A stretch of 64,000 bases of DNA from positions 66,403 through 130,402 of the forward strand of contig DAORXN010000001.1 in NCBI GenBank assembly GCA_035358955.1, given 5' to 3'. The stretch comes from Syntrophales bacterium. GTDB taxonomy: Bacteria; Desulfobacterota; Syntrophia; Syntrophales; UBA8958. Of the stretch, positions 58,955 to 64,000 are shown piece by piece. Every line of letters starts with the position of its first letter. The stretch's first letter is position 1. The position numbers and the translations under genes were made by a program. The notes below the pieces were generated by a model that had not been told where the DNA came from, searched no databases, and was given only the letters and a program-made list of their open reading frames with translations.

Positions 58955-60253
58955 ATGGAGGGGAACATGAGAATCTGGGATCCATTGCATGAATCCATGG
59001 CCAGGGAGGATTTAGAACAGCTTAAGCTCGAAAGGCTCCAGGCCACTTTGAATCGCGTATACAAAAACGTTGTCCATTACCGTCGGCTTTTCAATGAAAT
59101 ATCCTTTGTGCCGGAGGATTTTCAGTCCCTCACGGATCTCAAAAAGCTGCCCTTTACCACGCGCGAAGACCTGCAGGCCAACTATCCTTACGGTATGTTT
59201 GCTGTCCCCTTAAGGGAAGTGGTTCGTCTCCATGCCGCCCCCGGCAAGACGTCTAAACCAATCGTGGTAGGGTACACGAAGAACGACATCCGAACCTGGG
59301 CCAACCTGGTAGCCCGGTTCATGGTGGCGGCGGGGGTAGATCGAGACGATGTGGTTCAAATCGCCTTTCTCTACGGGCTTCAAACGGGGGCTTTTGGCAT
59401 TCACTACGGGGCAGAGGCAATCGGGGCTTCTGTCATTCCCATGAGCACAGGGAATACGGAAAAACAGGTCATGATTATGCAGGATTATAGGTCCACCGTG
59501 CTTGTCTGTACCCCCTCTTATGCATTGAGAATAGCCGAATTCATGGATGAACACAATATTAACCCCCGGGGATTGGCCTTAAGATTGGGACTTTTCGGTG
59601 GCGAGCCCTTCCCGGAGTCCACACGCGAAGAGATCGAAAGTCGCCTGGGCATTTCGGCCACCGATAACTATGGGGTGTCGGAAATCATCGGGCCGGGCAT
59701 AGCGGGGGAGTGCATCCATAAAAGTGGACTTCACCTCTTCGAAGACGCCTTCTTGCCAGAAATCGTGGACCCCCAGACGGGGGAAGTGTTACCGGCAGGC
59801 AGCGTGGGGGAACTGGTCATTACCACCTTAAACAGGGAGGCCTTTCCCCTTATCCGTTACCGGACGGGAGATATAACCCGCCTCGACTATACGCCCTGTC
59901 CGTGCGGACGGACGATGGTTCGGATGGAAAAGCCCCGGGGAAGGGCGGACGATATGCTCATTGTAAAGGGAGTAAATGTGTTTCCCTCCCAGATGGAGGA
60001 AATCATCTCCTCCATCACCGGTGAGCGCCCCAACTTTCAAGTGGTGGTCGATCACCGCCCGCCCTTGGCCCAGGTGGAGCTCAAGATAGAAGTCACAGAA
60101 AAGATATTCGCCCTCGAGCTGCTGGAGCAGAAAAACCTTTTGGAGCGCTTGCAGAAAAGGATTCGTTCCGTCATCGGGATAAACACTTCCATCAGGTTGG
60201 TCGAACCGGGGAGCCTCGCGGGGGCGGCAAGTCGAGTCCGGCATATCTCATGA
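58955..60253 (+). CDS. phenylacetate--CoA ligase-like adenylate-forming enzyme (PaaK family)
   Basis: LQLERLQATL-type N-terminus, FTTREDL, the P-loop-like SGTTGKP equivalent APGKTSKP, YGVSE, and RYRTGD. The start is ambiguous (TTG 58940, ATG 58949/58955/58967). I chose 58955, which lies 6 nt after GGGAGAG. Confidence 0.82.
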   Translation: MEGNMRIWDPLHESMAREDLEQLKLERLQATLNRVYKNVVHYRRLFNEISFVPEDFQSLTDLKKLPFTTREDLQANYPYGMFAVPLREVVRLHAAPGKTSKPIVVGYTKNDIRTWANLVARFMVAAGVDRDDVVQIAFLYGLQTGAFGIHYGAEAIGASVIPMSTGNTEKQVMIMQDYRSTVLVCTPSYALRIAEFMDEHNINPRGLALRLGLFGGEPFPESTREEIESRLGISATDNYGVSEIIGPGIAGECIHKSGLHLFEDAFLPEIVDPQTGEVLPAGSVGELVITTLNREAFPLIRYRTGDITRLDYTPCPCGRTMVRMEKPRGRADDMLIVKGVNVFPSQMEEIISSITGERPNFQVVVDHRPPLAQVELKIEVTEKIFALELLEQKNLLERLQKRIRSVIGINTSIRLVEPGSLAGAASRVRHIS

Positions 60254-60264
60254 GTCGCTTCTTG

Positions 60265-61050
60265 CTATTTCTTCTCCTTCAGGGGTAACCCTTGCAGGTA
60301 GCGGGCCTGGAGGCGTTGCATCCCTTTTAACCAGCGGTCGTAGTCGGCTACCTTTCTTTGCATGTAAGTTTTCACTTCCGGGTGGGGCAGGATGAGGAAC
60401 TCTTCCTTCCTTAAGCCTTCTACAACCTTTTCGGCCAGTTCTTCCGGTTCCATCAATCCATCCACGGCGGCCACACTGTCCTCTCCCGCCATGGCGGTCC
60501 TAACCGCCTGAGGGCACAGGGCAAAGATCCGAATTCCCTTTTCGCCATAGGTAATGTAGAGGTTTTCGGCCAGACCAACGGCGGCATGCTTGGTCACGGA
60601 ATACGGCGTGGATCCTATCTGGCTCAAAAGCCCGGCCGCCGAGGCTGTAATCATAATAGCCCCCCTACCTCTCTCTATCATGCGCGGAATCAAGGCCCTA
60701 CTTACATAAACGTGGGACATGACGTTTATTTCCCAGATGCGCTGCCAGTCCTCGTTTGGACATTCCACTCCCCCTCTTACGCCGATCCCGGCGTTGGAGC
60801 AAAAGAGGTCGATGGGTCCAACGTTTTTTTCCGTAAAGTCCACCAGAGAGATGACCTCGTTTTCCTTGCTTACATCACAACGGAAGGGGATGGCTCCGAC
60901 CTGCTCGGCCACGGCCTTCACCGCTGGTTCGTTTACATCGGCGGCCACAACCCGAGCCCCCTCCTCGACAAAACGGTGGGTCAAGGCGGCCCCGATGCCG
61001 CTGCCAGCCCCCGTCACGACTACGATTTTCCCTTTCACTTCCATGAGCAC
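60265..61050 (-). CDS. SDR family oxidoreductase
   Basis: VVTGAGSGIGAA, NAG, and the catalytic YSVTK. Confidence 0.88.
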   Translation of the reverse strand: MLMEVKGKIVVVTGAGSGIGAALTHRFVEEGARVVAADVNEPAVKAVAEQVGAIPFRCDVSKENEVISLVDFTEKNVGPIDLFCSNAGIGVRGGVECPNEDWQRIWEINVMSHVYVSRALIPRMIERGRGAIMITASAAGLLSQIGSTPYSVTKHAAVGLAENLYITYGEKGIRIFALCPQAVRTAMAGEDSVAAVDGLMEPEELAEKVVEGLRKEEFLILPHPEVKTYMQRKVADYDRWLKGMQRLQARYLQGLPLKEKK

Positions 61051-61168
61051 TTTCCTCCCGAAATAGATTTACGGCTCTCATATAACATTTTCCCCTCTCC
61101 TTCTACGGGAAAACACTGGCGAGGTGGGAGGCTGATGTGCTAAAGGGCTTACAATTTTTTCGGGAGGG

Positions 61169-61747
61169 ATGCAAACCATGGAAATCCTCGCTTTTAACGC
61201 CAGCCCCCGGCCTCATGGTAATACTTCACATATTGTAGCCGCCATGCTCGAGGGTGCCCGTTCCAAAGGGGCGCAAACATCGGAAATCCGCCTGCACGAC
61301 CTTACCACCAGAGGCTGCCGCGGGTGCCTCGGCTGCCGGAAGACCCCCGGCATCTGTCATGAAAAGGATGACTTGAGCCCTTACCTCGAAGCCATCAAAA
61401 CCTGTCGGGGTATGGTGATCGCCACGCCTATTTACATGTATCGCATCGCAGGGCAAATGAAGCTTTTGGTCGATCGTATCTATTCGCTCTATGCCAGCCG
61501 CGAGGGGGGAGGGTATTATTCTACCGTTCCCGCCGGGAAAACTTATGCCCTCGTTGTCTCTCAAGGGGCGCCGGATCCCGCCCAATACGAAAAGTCCCTT
61601 CGGTACCTAACGGGGATGACGGGTACCGGGCTGGGGTTCGAAGTTGTGGGGCGCATCGTTCATGCCAATAGCCATGAATCCCCCGCCGAAAAAGATGAGG
61701 CGCTCCTGGCCCAGGCTTACGAAATCGGCCGAAAGATGGTGAGATAA
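61169..61747 (+). CDS. flavodoxin-like NAD(P)H-dependent FMN reductase family protein
   Basis: ILAFNASPRPHGNTSHI (the FMN phosphate loop), a CRGCLGC Cys motif as in iron-sulfur flavoproteins, and ATPIYMY. Confidence 0.75.
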   Translation: MQTMEILAFNASPRPHGNTSHIVAAMLEGARSKGAQTSEIRLHDLTTRGCRGCLGCRKTPGICHEKDDLSPYLEAIKTCRGMVIATPIYMYRIAGQMKLLVDRIYSLYASREGGGYYSTVPAGKTYALVVSQGAPDPAQYEKSLRYLTGMTGTGLGFEVVGRIVHANSHESPAEKDEALLAQAYEIGRKMVR

Positions 61748-61751
61748 AAGC

Positions 61752-62915
61752 TCAAAAGGGTGGATGCAGGGTGTAAAGACAAACGATGCCCCCTTGGGCA
61801 TTGGCTTCCGCGCGGGTCGGTTGTCCAGAGGCAACCTCGGTGATAAGACGGATGATTTCCTGCCCCACCTCAGAGAGTTCCCTTCCTTCCAAGACCTCTC
61901 CGGCGTTTACGTCCATATCGTCTCTCATGGACGTAAAGAGGCGGCTGTTACTGGCAACCTTGATGACCGGGCAAATGGGAAAACCGAGAGGGGTTCCCCT
62001 GCCCGTGGTAAAGACGATAATCTGACTGCCCGCGGCGGCAAGCCCCGGAAGGGATTCGGCATCGTATCCCGGTCCATCCATCAGTACCACCCCCGGGCGG
62101 GAGGGAGGTTCTCCGTAGCCCACCACCTCTACGATAGGACGTGAGCCTGCCTTCGTTATGCAGCCCAGAGACTTTTCCTGGATGGTGGACATGCCGCCGT
62201 CCATGTTTCCCGGGGCGATAACCAGAGAGGCCAGCGGGCCGAGGAGGTCCTTGGTGAGTTGTTCTGCCTCGGCGACCATCTCGACGGTCTTGGCCTTGAC
62301 TTCTTCATCTATGGCGCGGCTGGCCAAGATATGACTGGTACCTATCATCTCCGTGTCTTCCGTAAGAATTACCGTCCCTCCTTCGTCAACGATCCAATCG
62401 GAGGCGATACCGACGGCCGGGTTGGCCGTCACCCCGGAAAAGGCATCCGACCCCCCACACTCCAGTCCGATCGTGAGCTTGTCCACTTGGCAAGGTGTGC
62501 GTGGGCACGATTTCGCGATCGATAGAAAATGGCGGCAGATCTCGGCCCCTTTTTCCGCCGCCTTCCGAGAGCCCCCTTTCTCTTGGACGTTGAACCACTG
62601 AACCGGTTTCCCGGAAGTTGCGATGATAGAGGCAAGGGAGTCGGCTTTAATGACCTCACACCCCAGCCCCACCACGAGCACGGCGGCCACATTCGGGTTC
62701 TTTCCCAAGTGGGCGAGCACTTTCGTATGCAGAGAGGCTTCGAGGGACCTGCCGCATCCATGGCCGTGGAAGATGGGCACCACTTCGGGAACCATTTTAG
62801 CTATGTTTGCCACCACCCCGTTCACGCAGGCCACAGATGGTATTACCACGACATGGTTTCTTACTCCCACCTTCCCGTCCGGTCGCACGTAACCCAAGAA
62901 AGTTGCACCCATCAC
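61752..62915 (-). CDS. UxaA family hydrolyase, large (catalytic) subunit
   Basis: FLGYVRPDGKVGVRNHVVVIPSVACVN, GHGCG and ECGGSD match the altronate/galactarate dehydratase C-terminal domains. The SAF domain is encoded separately upstream. Confidence 0.8.
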   Translation of the reverse strand: MMGATFLGYVRPDGKVGVRNHVVVIPSVACVNGVVANIAKMVPEVVPIFHGHGCGRSLEASLHTKVLAHLGKNPNVAAVLVVGLGCEVIKADSLASIIATSGKPVQWFNVQEKGGSRKAAEKGAEICRHFLSIAKSCPRTPCQVDKLTIGLECGGSDAFSGVTANPAVGIASDWIVDEGGTVILTEDTEMIGTSHILASRAIDEEVKAKTVEMVAEAEQLTKDLLGPLASLVIAPGNMDGGMSTIQEKSLGCITKAGSRPIVEVVGYGEPPSRPGVVLMDGPGYDAESLPGLAAAGSQIIVFTTGRGTPLGFPICPVIKVASNSRLFTSMRDDMDVNAGEVLEGRELSEVGQEIIRLITEVASGQPTRAEANAQGGIVCLYTLHPPF

Positions 62916-62924
62916 GATCTCCTC

Positions 62925-63185
62925 CTATCCCATGTTGTGGGTGTGAACCCATTCTCCCCTTTTGATCGGGACCTTCGCCTGTCCAATAGCTTCCCCGTAC
63001 TTGATGATCGTTTCCCCGGCCGGAATATCGCAGAGGGCAATTTTGTGTCCCACCGGTATATCACTTCTGGCCTTAAACGTGTGGCCTGCCGGGCAGGTTA
63101 CCTCTTCCCCCTTTTTAATTTCCACCCTGGCGACACCCACGTTGTCCCGCCCGTTAATAATGATAATCGATGTTTTCCTGCTCAT
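62925..63185 (-). CDS. UxaA family SAF-domain small subunit
   Basis: 86 aa. DNVGVARVEIKKGEEV...IPVGHKIALCDIPAGETIIKYGEAIGQA is the N-terminal SAF domain of UxaA/GarD-type dehydratases. Confidence 0.75.
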   Translation of the reverse strand: MSRKTSIIIINGRDNVGVARVEIKKGEEVTCPAGHTFKARSDIPVGHKIALCDIPAGETIIKYGEAIGQAKVPIKRGEWVHTHNMG

Positions 63186-63804
63186 AGATGCACCTCTTAT
63201 CGAGATCGTAAGCGATGAGATGGCCGTAGCCCTTCATTAGGTAGCAACATCCGTTATCAATATCAATCTTTTTTGACGTAAGGCCCTCGAGGATCTGCCA
63301 TAAGGGGAGGGGCGTATGTCCGCAGACGAGGGGTTTCTCTCCCAGGTATGCGTTTCCTCGCCCCCATAACATATATTCTTCCCCTTGGGGGCCAAAGGGA
63401 TCGGGCAGGGAAAAATTTATCTCTCCGTGGACGAAAAAGTAATCTTCCGTTTCGTGCCATAGAGGCAGGGTTTCCACGAATCTGAGGTAGGGATCCAGGT
63501 CGCAGTCGCCGAAACTCCTTTGGGTCGCCACCATTCCCATGTCCTGAAAGTATTCGTAATCGAACATCTTATAGCCCAGACCGCTTTTCATCGCTTTGAG
63601 CCACAGATCCTCGTGGTTGCCCTTCAAGGCGACAACCCGGCCGGGCAGATGCAGGATAGTATCAAGCACCCCTTTACTATCGGGGCCCCGATCTATGTAG
63701 TCGCCGAGGAGGTAAAGTTCATCCCCTTCCCGCAAATTTATTTTTTTGAGTAGTGCCCGGAAGGTGCGCGCACAGCCGTGGATGTCCCCGATGGCGTATC
63801 TCAT
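63154..63804 (-). CDS. metallophosphoesterase (PPP-family Ser/Thr phosphatase / ApaH-like)
   Basis: GDIHGC, GDYIDRGP, GNHE and GHT are the calcineurin-like motifs. The start is set at ATG 63802-63804 (MRYAIGDIHG). Confidence 0.85.
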   Translation of the reverse strand: MRYAIGDIHGCARTFRALLKKINLREGDELYLLGDYIDRGPDSKGVLDTILHLPGRVVALKGNHEDLWLKAMKSGLGYKMFDYEYFQDMGMVATQRSFGDCDLDPYLRFVETLPLWHETEDYFFVHGEINFSLPDPFGPQGEEYMLWGRGNAYLGEKPLVCGHTPLPLWQILEGLTSKKIDIDNGCCYLMKGYGHLIAYDLDKRCIYEQENIDYHY

Positions 63805-63885
63805 CGCGTAAAGCGGTCCCTTTTGGTCTTGACATAACATTATAAACCCGTATGAGAATGGGGCAAAACTTTTTTAGGAGGGACC

Positions 63886-64000
63886 ATGCTGGAGCGTATC
63901 GAAGGGAAGGTGGCGTGGGTTACGGGGGCCGGAACGGGCATTGGCCAGGCGGGGGCCATCGCCTTGGCCTCCCAGGGGGTTAAAATCGTGTTGTCCGGGC
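63886..64000 (+). CDS. SDR family oxidoreductase, N-terminal fragment (runs off the window end)
   Basis: ATG at 63886 preceded by TAGGAGGGA. Own translation: MLERIEGKVAWVTGAGTGIGQAGAIALASQGVKIVLSG (the TGxxxGIG Rossmann motif). Confidence 0.7.
   Translation, partial: MLERIEGKVAWVTGAGTGIGQAGAIALASQGVKIVLSG

Noticed and set aside
62529-63218. A 229-aa plus-strand ORF
   Set aside because: It is antisense to the UxaA large subunit and SAF genes and has a His/Arg/Pro-rich shadow composition.

Overview
This 64 kb window is core chromosome around the replication-initiation locus of a Gram-negative, probably anaerobic bacterium. The gene content fits Thermodesulfobacteriota or a deltaproteobacterial-type organism, but taxonomy cannot be proven from this window alone. 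It is densely packed with housekeeping operons. On the minus strand these are rsmG-parA-parB-dnaA-dnaN-gyrB-gyrA followed by archease-rtcB. On the plus strand are selB-fdhD, epmB-efp-epmA and a complete tolQRA-tolB-pal-cpoB cluster. A long minus-strand run follows: hisI-hisG-hisB-(lipoprotein)-hisA-HIT-yqeY-dnaG-rpoD-tRNA(CAU)-COG1579-rnpB. A liv-type ABC transporter with a PaaK-like ligase comes next. I found two RNA genes by eye, a type-A RNase P RNA and a tRNA with anticodon CAU. I saw no CRISPR array, transposase, integrase, prophage or recognisable defence island, so I cannot point to a clear novel system. The parts most worth a second look are: (1) an rpoD whose last 40 codons lack the universally conserved region 4.2 HTH in any frame; (2) an ArsR-linked thiol/sulfur module at 1-9752, with two Thioredoxin_3-type CxxC proteins (one fused to an unknown N-domain), a DsbA-like protein, a periplasmic rhodanese, a CxC permease, TauE, a small SAM methyltransferase and an FAD/CCG dehydrogenase trio; (3) rnpB with a 19-bp terminal helix that reaches into the preceding ORF. 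All product calls come from motif-level reading of the supplied translations. No database search was run.
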